Part shown: in pieces, positions 1-12,742 of the stretch | How the letters are laid out: the number at the start of each line of letters is the position of its first letter | Numbering within the stretch: position 1 is the stretch's first letter | DNA from: Nemertoderma westbladi | Lineage: Eukaryota > Animalia > Xenacoelomorpha | Length of the DNA: 63,458 bases | Assembly: GCA_032718475.1 (NCBI GenBank) | Contig: JAUCBJ010001625.1 | Location: 1-63,458, forward strand | Direction of reading: 5' to 3' | Made by a program: the position numbers and the translations under genes | The notes under the pieces: model-generated | Seen by the model: the letters and a program-made list of their open reading frames with translations, nothing else | What the model was told of the DNA's origin: nothing | The model's database searches: none

Positions 1-544
1 TATGTGAATAGGACTGGTTCTGGGTAGTACAGTTGTCTACCGGTACCGGTACCTGGGTACCTGTTATTGGTGGTGGTCAAGGACTACTATACTACAGGAC
101 TGGCATACTGCTGTACTGCCTGATCCGACTTCGCCAGCGAAGTCCATTCATTTCATACTGCAGTATTCAGGTATTCCGGTATTGCTGTAAGCTGTACTGC
201 TACCATAGAATGATTTATTATACCAGTACTGTAGTATACCTAACCTACAAACAGACAGATAGACAGTTTACTCTGTCGGTGCCGAACGAGATCAGTGGAT
301 CGCCGCGCTGCCACGACCACGACGCCGACGCAGTGCAGGCAGATGACGGTTCTCCGTTTAAGTTATGGAAGCACTGCCGTCTTTTGTATTCAACATTCTG
401 ACATTGGCCAGAGTGTCCCGCGCAGCCGCAGCAATTCCGCACAAGAAAGTCCCTGGCGGTTCCTTGCGACCAACAGTACCTCCATTCTACAGTTCTACTT
501 CCCTTATCGTGAGTTCCACCGCGACCCACCACTCCACGAGAACT

Positions 545-725
545 CCGTCCGAACCAGGAGAGACTCATAAAAACTGACATATTTCTCTACAGGGGACGTT
601 GAGTCCGAACCAGGAGAGACTCATAAAAACTGATATATTTCTCTACAGGGGGTCACACGTTGAGTCCGTGCCCGGAGAGACTCATAAAAACTGAGATATA
701 TGGAGGAGTCTACAGGGGAGTCACT
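545..725. repeat. Tandem repeat, ~56-60 bp unit, ~3 copies
   Basis: GTCCGAACCAGGAGAGACTCATAAAAACTGA...CTACAGGGG recurs near 548, 604 and 665. Confidence 0.8.
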
Positions 726-753
726 CGTTTAACCCGATTATTTACAGTGTCAC

Positions 754-1232
754 CCGATTATTTACAGCAGCAGTAGTTCCAGTACTCCTCTATGGGAGTC
801 CATGCTGGTCTCTAACTGCTGAGGACACCAAATCTCTGGATGGCACATTCACAAGAATGCTACGCCGGGTTCATTGTGTCAAGTACAATTCACACATCTC
901 CAACAAGACACTATATAACATTGGAGGTGTCTCATTGGTTCCCCCAAGCTTGACACTAGAACAAAATCGCCTCCGCTTTGCAGGACATTGCTTTCGCCGT
1001 GAGGACCAGCCACTGCATAATCTTGTACTTTGGCAGCCTCATGGAGTGAATAAGCATGGTGGACAGCCCATGACTTTATTGAGACGCATCTTAAAGGACA
1101 CTGGCCTTGAAGATGCGGATGATCTAGCAAATGTCATGGGTGATAGGGAGTTGTGGTGGCGCAATTTTGTCGACAAGCCGGCACAGCATTCTTATAAATG
1201 CAGCTGCAATGCAGCATGCCGATCCTAGTAGT
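754..1232 (+). mobile_element. RTE-clade LINE, 5'-truncated 3' fragment
   Basis: Encodes an RTE RT C-terminus (VPVLLYG..W, LDGTFTRMLRRV, RLRFAGHCFRR) and ends in a short (TAG)n tail. Nearly identical to the copy at 36540-37049. Confidence 0.9.
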
Positions 1233-1233
1233 A

Positions 1234-1450
1234 AGGGAATGCCGGGAAATCTTCACATGCTGACATGGGCAGAAACTCCAGTACTCATTTAGCTACCATT
1301 TAAGGATGCAAGTCCTGAAGGCAGAGATGCCTCGCTAAACCCTTCAAAGCATTTGTGCCGAAACGAAAACTACCTTGGCCCCCATGCCGGGGTTGAACCC
1401 ACAACCTCCGTGAGATGTGAATTCAATATAACCACTACACCAAGGTGGGC
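1234..1450 (-). mobile_element. tRNA-derived SINE-like element
   Basis: Minus strand has an A-box-like TGGTGTAGTGG and a B-box-like GGTTCAACCCC at tRNA spacing, followed by a non-tRNA body. Confidence 0.6.
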
Positions 1451-1496
1451 TCTGAACCAAGGTGGAACAAGTATCAGATACCGTCAGATCAGATCA

Positions 1497-1770
1497 GATA
1501 AGGACAGAAGGTTTAGCCATCCTAGTAGATGCGGCGTAATCGATATGTGGTTGTATCAGTTTATTGCATAGCAAACATCTTGTATAGTAGTCTAGTAATC
1601 CGCCATATCTATGTAAAAACTTCAATCTATTGTTACATTTCTTTAATACCTTTGTGGCCATCTCGGTCCCACTTAGATGTTGGTCTAGCATGGAGCCAAG
1701 GTAAGTGACTGATTTTGCATTTTTTATACGTTGCCCACCACAATAGACTTCTAGTTCAGGAGAGGAAGCT
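1497..1770 (-). pseudogene. CR1/L2-group LINE RT C-terminal fragment
   Basis: ORF 1494-1820 contains VTYLGSMLDQHLS and LIQPHIDYA, typical of the CR1/L2/Crack RT thumb region. Confidence 0.8.
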
Positions 1771-2399
1771 ATGTTTTGGTGAGAGAGAGGGAGGTCCATG
1801 TATATTGTGGGGTGAGACAAATATACCGTTAGTTTAATCCGTTATCATCTGTGTCACAACATTCCCCTACCAATAGGGGTACTGTTCACATTGTTTTTTA
1901 TGTTGCACAATGTACTAACTAAACACGGGCGTTCTAGACTATATTGAATAGTTAGTACACAACACTCGCCCCCTTTGTTAGAAGCCTCCCTGCGCTCGTC
2001 CTTTATTTCCTGACACCAAAATTTATTATGTTACTAATAATTACGATTGTGTAATCAATTTCATACAAATCCTTTGATAACAATGTCTATAACAGTATAA
2101 AGAATACCAAACCAATGGACTTTGCTAGCAAAGTCCGATGAAGGGGTGTGCCAGTCCTGTAGTATAGTAGTCCTTGGTGGTGGTCGATTTATAATATATA
2201 TTTGTAGTTTATTATGATAGTGATCTGATAGTTGCTGTAAGAAAGTAATATTGGAAGATAGAAATATTGTAACTTTTAACAATGGTAGCGGAGCGTGTAA
2301 CCCGTGACGTGGATCTAGAGAGACAGTAGGTCGGTGGAGTGGAGCGTCAGACTGATGATAACAGCTAATACAGTAGGTCATAATTAACTGAGTACCGGC

Positions 2400-2936
2400 T
2401 GAACTGTAATAGGTATATTGCAATTGGCCTACTGGACTGGCCTAGCTCTACCTATCTAACAATGAAGGCCTACCTAATGTTATCACGGTGCTGGATAAAT
2501 TTTATCTGAAAGACGAGCAGACACATCCACGACACAAGGATATGAGGTATGGTTAAAATTATAACAGTATACAAAAACATCTAGTATAAATTATCAAGAA
2601 TACTGTAGTCAATTTTCAAGACTAAGGAAAGAAGCAAAATTGTTTCATGTAGAAGTTAGTGAAACTACTTTTGCATATATGTTATTGGATAGTGCTGGCC
2701 TTAAAAAAGATCAAAGGCTTCTAGTGTTGACAGTAGCAATGAGTGCGGCTGGGGGTGACAAGGTGAACCCAGTCCATGTTGAGTCTGCACTCAGGAGGTT
2801 AACTTAGTACTACTGTAAAATTATGTAAAGATGAGGAGGATTTATTACAAACATCATGACGTGTAAAAGGTCTGGATGTTAGTGGTGATGGTATATGCGA
2901 TTTTGACAATGTAGAGTATGACAAATGGTTACAGGA
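2400..2936 (-). pseudogene. Possible highly degenerate Penelope-like (GIY-YIG) fragment
   Basis: Interrupted minus-strand translation gives ARLSDKFIQHRDNIR, resembling the GIY-YIG R.L..RF.EH..I helix, after a Cys-containing segment. Many stops; weak. Confidence 0.3.
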
Positions 2937-4231
2937 TGTTGCCGTTATTCCCGGTTAAACGCCAATGCTGGAGGCGGAATTTTCAGACCACGTAATTCCG
3001 GCCAGTCACCGGATATTGGGAGTGGAGAAGGAGTCCTTTCTTAAATGCAAGATTGCGATTGAGAAAACGTTGCATTGGTTGGATATAATCTTTAAATGTA
3101 ACTTTCCTACAGTTGAATCTTATCGAGAATAAGTTGGGCTTCCCCACATCAATATACACCAAATATTCACAATTATATACGAAAATATAAATTCCTACAG
3201 TACATTATTTAATTACCCACTGTTCGCTTTAGATTTTAACCTAACTAATGTTCCCCATTTTCCCTCGGTCCTAGTCTCGGTACCATAGTGTCGGTGTCGG
3301 TCGACCCTGTTGCGTGTCCATCCCACCCTCCCCAAACCCCGAAGGGATCGGTCATCAGGAAAGCGGTACGGCTTGGCTAGGGGTCTGTCGGTTCATCACA
3401 GGGACCCAACCACCTAAGCTTTCCGATTCCTTTTCAGGCTCGTAGTTGCTTCGGTGGCCGAGAATCTGCTCCGAACAGTCGGTAGGCCAGTAAAGTCCAG
3501 TCCTTTGTCTTTCAACCCCGTTGCGTGTCCGTCCCACCCTTCCCAAACCCCGAAGGGATCGTTCATCAGGAAAGCGGTACGGCTTGGCAAGGGGTCTGTC
3601 AGCCCGTCATGAGTCCCAAATGTTGGTAGTTTTCCGAGTCCTTATTCAGGCTCGTACTAACGCCGGTCGTGGAACCCACTCCAGGAAGGCAGTCCTCGTC
3701 GAACCCTTCCTCCATTTAGTTGGTCAATCCGTCGCAAGTCCCCGGTGCAGTCGGCAAGCTTTCCGAGTCCTTATTCAGGCTCGTAATAACTGCCGGTGAC
3801 AAGGGACCGCTAAGGATCTGTCTGTCGGTTCCCGTTGCGAATCCCCAACACAATCAGCAGACTTTCTGAGTCCTTATTCAGGCTCGTAATAACTGCTGTT
3901 GGCCAGGGACCGCTAAGGGCAGTCCTTGTCCCTAGGCCTAGCGAGTTACAAAATCCACCTCTACAGGCAGCAGGAAGTTGGCTAGGCCTAATAGTATTCA
4001 GGTAAACCTGAGTACTGCTTGAGGACTGCCTCCCACCCTTGGCCCTTAAATATCTGATATCAGTCCCGTACCCCGTAAGTCTCCCCAATATTTGCACGTG
4101 AATCGCCCCCAGTCCAATGAATATACCCAAATTCCATGTTCCTGCACCCAGTACTGATATTGGAATATTCATTATAAATAAATCCGAAAAATATTCAACT
4201 CGCATTATGAAAAGTTGAATTACCGCGAACA
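2937..4231 (-). repeat. BEL-A 3' LTR (~1.3 kb)
   Basis: Minus strand starts TGTTCGCGG right after a G-rich PPT and plausibly ends GGCAACA at 2937. It has internal direct repeats. There is no second copy to confirm the left boundary. Confidence 0.6.
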
Positions 4232-4243
4232 GTCCCCCCCAAT
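4232..4243 (-). promoter_or_regulatory. BEL-A polypurine tract
   Basis: Minus strand ATTGGGGGGGAC immediately precedes the LTR TGT. Confidence 0.7.
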
Positions 4244-4412
4244 GACCTTTGTGAGGTCTATCGGTAGATCGAGTTTGCGTAGGTCATTTCCCATATAAAA
4301 AACCCAAATTTTAGTATTTTATAGTCCTGATTATTTTTTTCTAGAGATAGTTTACGTAGATATAAAAAAAAATAAATGTTTGATATAAATGTCTCTGGAA
4401 TATCCAGGTCTT

Positions 4413-7400
4413 CTATTTCTTACTCTGATACGCTTTCCTCCTCTTCGCCCGTCTGCTCTCATCAATCGCCAGTGCAGGTAGGGGAGCGTCGACGTCCATC
4501 GTGAGCATCGCTGCAGCTTGTCTCCTAGCGGCCCTTCCTTTGGATGGTAGCGGTATCATGTCCGTCCGTCTTTCCAGCTCGTTAGTGCGTGCCTCTAGAA
4601 ACCACTTTCCGTCACCGAATTCTTCTTTGTAGGAGTATAAGCGCCTGAGGATCTCGAAGGGACCGAATAATCCAGCGCTCAAGAGTAGATCCACATAATG
4701 GAATGGTAGTGTCGCTGCTGTATGGAGGTGTTCTGGGAACAAGAAGTATCCACACGTCATCTCTTGCGCAATATTTCGAGTGCTTCTCCGCACTTTGGTC
4801 TTTACGTGGTTATTGGCGTAGGTTTCAAACATAACCATATTTCCCATAGCTGTTACGTCCTTAGTAGGACACTTTATATTACAATGGGGGCTCGCGGAAT
4901 GTCCACGGAAACTGCATTTTGTGCAGAGGTTGTATAAGGTTGGACAAACCGATACATCATGGCCCGATACCGCGCAATAGGGACAGTAAAGTATCCCAAG
5001 GAGCTGTAGACACAAATCGGTAACCCGATTTCTCCTACCGCATGGACACTGTTCCAAACCACAGTTTCCGCACACCTCCAGTTGCATCTCCTGGCCAAAG
5101 AATATCGGAATCGGTACGCCGGCGTAATACTCCAGTCGTCGGTTGCTTTTGGGAACACTTGCCTTGGCCGGTAGCCCGTGGAATGCTGGGCTTTGGCGTA
5201 GTATGTTCTCACTACGATAACCTTCTTTATAGCCTGCCGGTCGCATCCCGGGAGACCGTTTCTGGCAGTGGATCCACTCAGTTTGTTCGACGTACCATCG
5301 GGTAAGTCGCATAGGGTCTTGTGGGACGGAGGGTGCCGTTGTCACAGCCGGTCGGCGAAGTGGTGCCGAGGCGTTCGCCGGAGTAATTCCGAGGAGATCT
5401 ACGGGAGTCGGAGCAACGCTGGGACCCTTTGCAACCTGTATAGCTGAGCGGGTCCGCTGTGTGCTGGTACTCGGGATCTCCGAAGACCAGTCTTCTCCTC
5501 CCTGGAATGGATATTGAGATAACCTCTGACATGTGTCGCCGAAGTCACTCAGCGGGAAGGTGGTTACTAACTCCCCAGCAGGACTACCGGAGCCAAGCGG
5601 GGTGGTTACGCCTGCTTCCATTGCCGGTTTGGCCGTGGCGATTCATTTGGCTGCTGGTCTTTAAGCGACTTCTGGTTCAAGTTGTTGTTTTGGGGTGGAC
5701 AGCAGGACACCCTCCTGTAGCCATAATTCCTCCCTGTCCGATGATATCAGTGGTTCCTCTGCACTGAGGAGATCAGCAATCGTAGGGATGTCGAACGGTC
5801 CGTTATCATCCCAGGATGCGATCACGTTGAGCGTTTTTGTATCTCCCGGTAGAATATTCTCTACCGCTTTGAACGAGTGGTCGATAAATTCGTTCCACTC
5901 ATAGTCGATAAAGGATCTAGGAACCGCATTAATGAGTTTATCAAGAGTCTTGCAGATGAACTTGGCAACAGTATATGATTCCATTACAACGTAGATATAG
6001 CTCCGTCGATCCGGATTCTCCCACTTGTGGTGGATCGTCCACTTTCTTTCTACGTCCTTCCAATGACTCTCTCGCTCACTCTTTAACTCTAATTCCGGGT
6101 ATGCACCATATATCTTATTATAGTCCAGGAATTTCTGATGTTTAAAGTCTATACCGCCGTTTAATACCGTGAGGTATCTGATTCCGGATTTCGTCGGTCT
6201 CACCTCCCGGAATCCACGTATAAATTCGGTGGATCATAACCAGGCTAACAGGGTTTGGGTGTATTCCTCGGAGGAATTCCGAGGAGATCTACGGGAGTCG
6301 GAGCAACGCTGGGACCCTTTGCAACCTGTATAGCTGAGCGGGTCCACTGTGTGCTGGTACTCGGGATCTCCGAAGACCAGTCTTCTCCTCCCGGGAACGG
6401 ATATGGAGATAACCTCTGACATGTGTCGCCGAAGTCACTCAGCGCGAAGGTGGTTACTAACTCCCTAGCAGGACTACCGGAGCCAAGCGGTGTGGTTACG
6501 CCTGCTTCCGTTGCCGGTTCCTTTGCGGCGATTCGTTTGGCTGCTGGTCTGTAAGCAACTTCTGGTTCAAGTTGTCGTTTTGGGGTGGACAGCAGGACAC
6601 CCTCCTGTAGCCATAATTCCTCCCCGTCCGATGATATCAGTGGTTCCTCTGCACCGAGGAGATCAGCAATCGTAGGGATGTCGATCGGTCCGTTATCATC
6701 CCAGGATGCGATGACGTTGAGCGTTTTTGTATCTCCCGGTGGAATATTCTCTACCGCTTTGAATGCGTGGTCGACAACTTCGTTCCACTCATAGTCAATA
6801 AAGGATCTAGGAACCGCATTAATGAGTTTATCGAGAGTCTTGCAGATGAACTTGGCAACAGTATATGATTCCATTACGACGTAGATATAGCTCCGTCGAT
6901 CTGGATTCTCCCACTTGTGGTGGATCGTCCACTTTCTTTCTACGTCCTTCCAATGACTCTCTCGCTCACTCTTTATCTCTAATTCCGGGTACGCACCATA
7001 TATCTTATCACAGTCCAGGAATTTCTGAGGTTTAAAGTCTATACCGCCGTTTTATACCGCGAGGTATCCGATACCGGATTTTGTCAGTCTCACCTCCCGG
7101 AATCCACGCATGAATTCGGTAGATCGTAACCAGGCTAACAGGGTTTGGGTGTTGACGAAATGACTAATGGCGTTGAGATCTTCTTGACGGTTTCTTCCGA
7201 AGGGAGCGTTAGCGTAGTCGTTTCGGACGTCCGCCTTTATATCCGACGCAATTTTAATGACGTCGAAATCGAATAGGATCTGTTGGAGCTCTGGAGATGA
7301 TAGCCAGACCGCTCCGGCTGTTCGCACCTCCTGTTTGGGTGTCGGAAATATTCGACATATCAACACCAGACCATCTAGGGTTCTGAGGACGACGACTAAT

Positions 7401-7903
7401 GATCGACTGTATTCCTTCGTCCCATACTTCTCTTGGTAGTCGTCGCAATTCTGGATAACTGATATACGTTCCTCTCGCAGCGTCGCTGTACATTCCGCTA
7501 GGTTTCCGCAGTGGGTGAGGTATGTACTCTTGTCGTCGACGAAACTTTGGCATCGCGCCAACGTAATCGCTTTCGAAGTGGGCGTCGCGTTTCCCTCGTT
7601 GTCGTATATCAAACATCGGGATTTGTAGACGCTTCGCCGGAACGTATCCCAGAACGACAACTCCGCATCTCCAGTTGCCTTTGCGTTCCGAGTTCTTTTC
7701 AGGCTCGTACTAGCATCAGACAACTGGAGCTCTCGTAGATTACGGGAATCCGGTTCCTCCCGCCCGGAGAATTTAATGATTTGCACATTCTCTGTTATCA
7801 GGGCGTTCCATTCCGTATCAAAGTTAGGAGATCCAGGCTGTGGATATTCCAGTAAATCTAATGTATTACGTAATTCGCCGAAAATCTGGCAATTTGGGCC
7901 CAT
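4413..7903 (-). pseudogene. BEL-A accessory gene: DEDD 3'-5' exonuclease-like domain plus tandem CCHC knuckles (disrupted)
   Basis: ORF pieces 7052-7903, 6245-6874, 5661-6203 and 4413-5621 carry IYDNEG, KIASDIKAD, FVNTQ, YVVME and YCPYCAVSGHDVSVCP..CTKCSFRGH. They are colinear with 56152-60405. Confidence 0.8.
5385..7152. repeat. Tandem duplication, offset ~890 bp, inside the BEL-A accessory gene
   Basis: ~5385-6262 is repeated at ~6275-7152 with scattered substitutions. Confidence 0.9.
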
Positions 7904-8199
7904 ATTTTAAATTATGTCCGTTGCAAATTTACATCAGTTAATTATAAATCCAGAAAGTCTGATTCTATAGTGACTGCAGAATAATTCAGCTTATTTGTAA
8001 TTCAGTTTATTAATTATTATTGCTATATAGGCATCTACCATCTTATGGCTACTACATTCAGTATTTACAGTTACTATAGCTATACATTAATATCCAACCA
8101 GTTTTGACTTTTTATGTCCTCTTCTTTTTTCCAATTCTTTTCTTTCTACATTTTATACATTTTTTTTGTCTTTTTTCATTTCTCATTTATTACTCATTT

Positions 8200-8310
8200 C
8201 ACATTTCATTATTTCATCACATTTCATCATTTATTTCCACATTTCATAATTTATTTCTACATTTCATCATTTATTTCCACATTTCATCATTTATTTCCAC
8301 CATTTCATGG
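8200..8310. repeat. 20-bp AT-rich tandem repeat in the pol/accessory-gene spacer
   Basis: CATTTCATCATTTATTTCCA, ~4-5 copies. Confidence 0.75.
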
Positions 8311-8589
8311 GGGTTATAACACAATACAACACAATGGATACATTGAATTCCACTTCAAATCTTTACCATTTCCAATAATCCAATGTAGTTGGTCCCGATG
8401 AACAAAATCAGGGTGAACAAACATAAACTACCCTGCGTCAGTCGAAACATCTGCAGGGTGACGCTGGACTCCACTTAACACATGAGGAAACACAAATACC
8501 ATTGCGTGTTACAGTTGTTTTAAGGGGGTCCATTATTCATTGTCAGTAAATCACATTTTAAAAGAGTTTGTCAACAGGATGAGAAGAGT

Positions 8590-10141
8590 TTAAACGGGTT
8601 TAGCATTGTCACCAATGTCTGCAGCAGGATCCGGAGTAGGGAACTTATCACCTCTCGTAGAGTCACCGCTGCCATTGCCTTCAAGAAGGCACAGCCTCTG
8701 GATAGGGCGTTGGTAGTGGCTCTTTGCCATTCGTATAATCACAATCTTCGCAAGTCCGTCTTTACTTGGGGTTATTTCCACGACTCGCGCCACAGGCCAG
8801 TGGACGCGGTCTTTAAGATCTTCCTTAACCAGTACCATGTCGCCAACTGCGATGTTCCTGTAGGTGTTATTCCACTTCCTCCTGGTCCGGAGGGTTATGA
8901 GGTACTCTTGGGCCCAGATTCTTCACCAATGCACTGCCAGCGCTTGGGCCTTTTTCCAATTGGTATGTCTCACGATATTGTTGGGATCTGGGAACATTGC
9001 CTCTGGAAGAATGTTGGTTTTGGGTCCTCCAAGTAGATGGTTAGGTGTTAGAGGTTCTAGATCTGTGGGGTCATCGTGGATAGGTACGATGGGCCGGTTG
9101 TTTAGGGTGGCCGTGATCTTGCAGAATGTAGTGCGAAGGGTGTTGTGGGTTACCTAACGTGGTGCGCATGGATCGTTTCACCAAGTCGATGAGTTTCTCC
9201 CATACCCTGCTCGTATGGGGTGCCAAGGGTGTTTGAAAGTGCCATTGTATATGGTGTTCCTTCCAGACTTGGGATGCAGTCTCTTCAGTGAACCATCCCT
9301 CGATCGCCTCTCTAAGTTCCCTTTCTCCTCCTACGAAATTTGTTCCATTATCGGAGTACATATGCCGACATGATCTGTTGTTTGCCACAAACCGACGCAG
9401 GATGTTGATAAATGCGTGCTGTGTAAGGTTTATCACGAGGTCTAGGTAAATCGCCCTAGACCTAAGGCATGTAAAAATGGCTCCCCAGCATTTGATGTTG
9501 GATCGTCGCTCGATGACTGTAAATTGTCCGAAACAGTCTACTCCGGTTACGTAGAACGGCAGTGAATCGGACTGCAGTCGTGTGGCCGGTAGGTCGGCCA
9601 TTCTTTGGGTGAGCGGTGGCACTAGGTATCATCTGCAAGGGAAACAACGTTTTAAGACTTTCTGGATCAGTGGCTGGATGTGGGTGATCCAATAACTTTG
9701 CCGGATGTTAGCCATACTCCAGTTCTGGCCCGCGTGATGGTTTTCCTCGTGACACTGTTGGATTAATAGCTTGGCTAGTGTTGATGTTCGTGGCAGAAGT
9801 GCTGGGTATTTGACTTCATAATCGACTGGGGCGTTTGCCATCCGGGTATTTAGTCGGATCAGTCCATCTTCCCCCATCATGGGTCTCAATTGGTTGACTG
9901 GGCTGTCCGGTTTCAAGGTCTTGCCCGCACTGAGCTGTTCCCATTCATTGGGGAAACTTTCTTTCTGGACATATCTAACAATACATTTCTCCGCAATAAT
10001 GAGTTCTTGTATACTTCGTCGAACTATCGGTTTATTATCCTTCCACCACAGGAAGTTACGAAGAGTTATGACATGGTGGATAAGACGTCTCATTGAGGAG
10101 GTTCGCTCTATCAATAGTTGTAAGGACGCGGCTGGTTGCAT
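8590..10141 (-). pseudogene. pol: BEL-A integrase (Zn-binding, core, C-terminal), frameshifted
   Basis: H..H..CxxC, TGVDCFG, SDNGTNFVG, WEKLI and the C-terminal WPVARV...RPIQRL, split over three ORFs. Confidence 0.9.
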
Positions 10142-10174
10142 AATAGTTGCGACATTATAGTGCCTGCCCGAGTC

Positions 10175-12214
10175 CTATGCAGGCTCGGTCAGACAACTAT
10201 AGATCTCTACAGTGGCGCTTCCATGGACTTTACGAATCTCCTTGTCATCCTCGGAGTATTTTCCGCTATCTAGTTCTGGATCGAATCGGGTGCTCCAGGT
10301 TAGTTGTGGCTGCTGTAAGAATTCCGGGCCTGTGAGCCAAAGTTTACTCTTACCGAGCTGTCGTGGGGTGGCGCCTCTGCTCGATAAGTCCGCCGGGTTT
10401 TCTTTCCCGTTTACGTGGTGCCACTGTTCTCGGCCGGTACACTGTTTTATTTCCGTGGCTTGGTTCGCAACGAACGTGGTGTGTCGCCGTGATGGTGAGT
10501 GGAGGTAGTAAAGCACAATACTCGAATCAACCCAGATATGCTGTGATTCGATGGGAATTCTTAAGTCCCGCATGATCATGCGGTTCTGCTTCACTGCCCA
10601 GACTGCGGCCTGCAACTCGAGTCTCGGGATTGTTGCTACGAATTCCCCGGATACCGTCTTAGCCTTAGTGAATAAGAAGCTTGTATCACCATTTCTATCC
10701 TGACTTAATCTTCTTAGGAAGGTAACTACGCCGATTCCGGTATTCGATGCATCCGAGAAAGTATGGAGCTGGAATATATCGGTGGGTAGTTTGTCGAGGA
10801 AGAACAGTTGAAGGATCCGCATAAGATGTAGATGTTCAAGTTGTTCCGTCCACTTTCCCCATTTGGCACTGAGGTGTGGGGGGAGTTCTTTTTCCCATCC
10901 CAGTCCTTCTATCCACATTTCTTTGATCAAATTCATTCCGGCCAATGTTACTGGGGATATGAAGTTTAATGGATCAAAAATGGCACTCTTTATAAATAAA
11001 CATCCCCTCTTAGTCATTGGTTTGGTTAGGGGATTATATTTGAAGATGAATTGATCCAATTCTATGTCCCATTCGATACCGAGTACACGGTGATCCACAC
11101 CCTCGGAGTACATTTTGTTGTCGTCTAGCCTGATTTCTTCCGGGAACCTTTCCATAAGTTCCTTATCATGAGATCTAAACTTTACAAGAGGAAAACCTCC
11201 TCTCTTTAAACATTCCACCATTAGCATAGCCAGCTGATATGCCTCATCGACATTATCGGCACCAGCGCATCCGTCGTCTATGTAGAAACATCGCCGGATG
11301 GTCTCTATGACTGTCGGAGGGAACTCACTTTCGCACATAGTCGCTGTTTTCTTCAACATGTTGCTACATGCCACCGGCGAGTCCTTAGCGCCGAAGATTC
11401 TGACAATCATGCGCATTACGTCCACATCCTTCAAGGTGGGTTGATCTATCTCTTGTGGAGTTAATGTTTTATCTGTCCACAATATACGTAGGCAATCTGA
11501 GTCTCTTGGTAGCGTTCGAACCTGGTGGAACATCGCTTTGATGTCGCATGTGAAGGTTATTTTGTTTTCTCTGAACCTGATCAATACGCCGATAAGTGTA
11601 CTGTAGATGTTGGGCCCGGTGTAAAGTTGGCTGTTCAAGGATTCGCCCTGATACATGGCCGCAGCATCATTTACTACCCAGATTTTACCGCCCTTCCAGG
11701 CTTCTACCACATAGTGAGTTGGGATGTAATACGTCCGTCCAGTCCCCTGTAGTTCATTCCGGGGCACCATTTCTGCCAATCCATCTTCTAAATATCCTTT
11801 AATTACGTTATTGTATTTCTCCTTTATCTCGGGTAGCTTGTTTAACCGGCATAGGATTCCCTTGAGCCTCCTAAGGGCCATGCTGGCATTATTCGCCATC
11901 GGTCTATCTGGGTCTTTCCAAAGCATGGGTGAACACCAATGTCCGTCTTTGAACGTTGCCTTATCAAGAACGTCAATACAATATTGATCTTCCTCGGACG
12001 GATTCTCGTCCTTCTCAGCAAACTCTTGAGTCTCTAACTTAAAATACTTTGTCATCTCCTGCTGGGTCTTTTCAGTCTCCAAGAATAAATCTTTGTCCAG
12101 GTCAGTTGCTGCACAGTAACCCACATATGTTGTGTTCTCTCTGATCTGGCATTTAGGGAGATATGTATATGTGTCGGTAGTTTCCTCTTCGGTGCCGCAG
12201 AGTGTCCATCCCAT
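10175..12214 (-). CDS. pol: BEL-A reverse transcriptase plus RNase H (679-aa open segment)
   Basis: FYIDD RT motif; RNase H motifs LHTFSDAS, RLELQAA, WVDS. Confidence 0.92.
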   Translation of the reverse strand: MGWTLCGTEEETTDTYTYLPKCQIRENTTYVGYCAATDLDKDLFLETEKTQQEMTKYFKLETQEFAEKDENPSEEDQYCIDVLDKATFKDGHWCSPMLWKDPDRPMANNASMALRRLKGILCRLNKLPEIKEKYNNVIKGYLEDGLAEMVPRNELQGTGRTYYIPTHYVVEAWKGGKIWVVNDAAAMYQGESLNSQLYTGPNIYSTLIGVLIRFRENKITFTCDIKAMFHQVRTLPRDSDCLRILWTDKTLTPQEIDQPTLKDVDVMRMIVRIFGAKDSPVACSNMLKKTATMCESEFPPTVIETIRRCFYIDDGCAGADNVDEAYQLAMLMVECLKRGGFPLVKFRSHDKELMERFPEEIRLDDNKMYSEGVDHRVLGIEWDIELDQFIFKYNPLTKPMTKRGCLFIKSAIFDPLNFISPVTLAGMNLIKEMWIEGLGWEKELPPHLSAKWGKWTEQLEHLHLMRILQLFFLDKLPTDIFQLHTFSDASNTGIGVVTFLRRLSQDRNGDTSFLFTKAKTVSGEFVATIPRLELQAAVWAVKQNRMIMRDLRIPIESQHIWVDSSIVLYYLHSPSRRHTTFVANQATEIKQCTGREQWHHVNGKENPADLSSRGATPRQLGKSKLWLTGPEFLQQPQLTWSTRFDPELDSGKYSEDDKEIRKVHGSATVEIYSCLTEPA

Positions 12215-12415
12215 GATGGTGCGCTCTGCATAAAAACCGTCATCCGGCTTTACGGATCAGGCAATGTCTCCAGTTGATATATGTAATTCCGGTGTATCAA
12301 GTCCAATTAATAGCGTAATTCTATTTATGTCCAATGGCGAGCATCGTAGGTCCACATCTTCCCGGTCTAACTGTATGAGGGGTGTCGGATGATCAGATGA
12401 TTGTCGGAACCGCAC

Positions 12416-12742
12416 TCAGAGATCGGTGTGTACCAGAGCGTTTTTTATCGTCAGTTTGACCATCTTGTAACCCTTCATAACTCCTTCCATCTTGAGTTGT
12501 ACCTCCCCGGACTCCACTTTTTTATGGTCGGTTATAGTCTGTATGGGCCGCTTGCAAGGTTCGTAGTCTAGGCCTAGTTGTTTGAGGAAATCCCGGTCGA
12601 TGATGGTTCCGTCCGACCCGTTGTCGAGGAACGCGAGTGTTGTTAAGGATTTTCCGGCCCCTTGGATTCTTACTGGGATCACTTTGGCGAAGACCATATA
12701 ACGGTGGTTTATTAAATTGACCGTAGCTGATATACTGGTCAC
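12416..12742 (-). pseudogene. pol: BEL-A aspartic protease
   Basis: AFLDNGSDGT catalytic motif. Confidence 0.85.
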
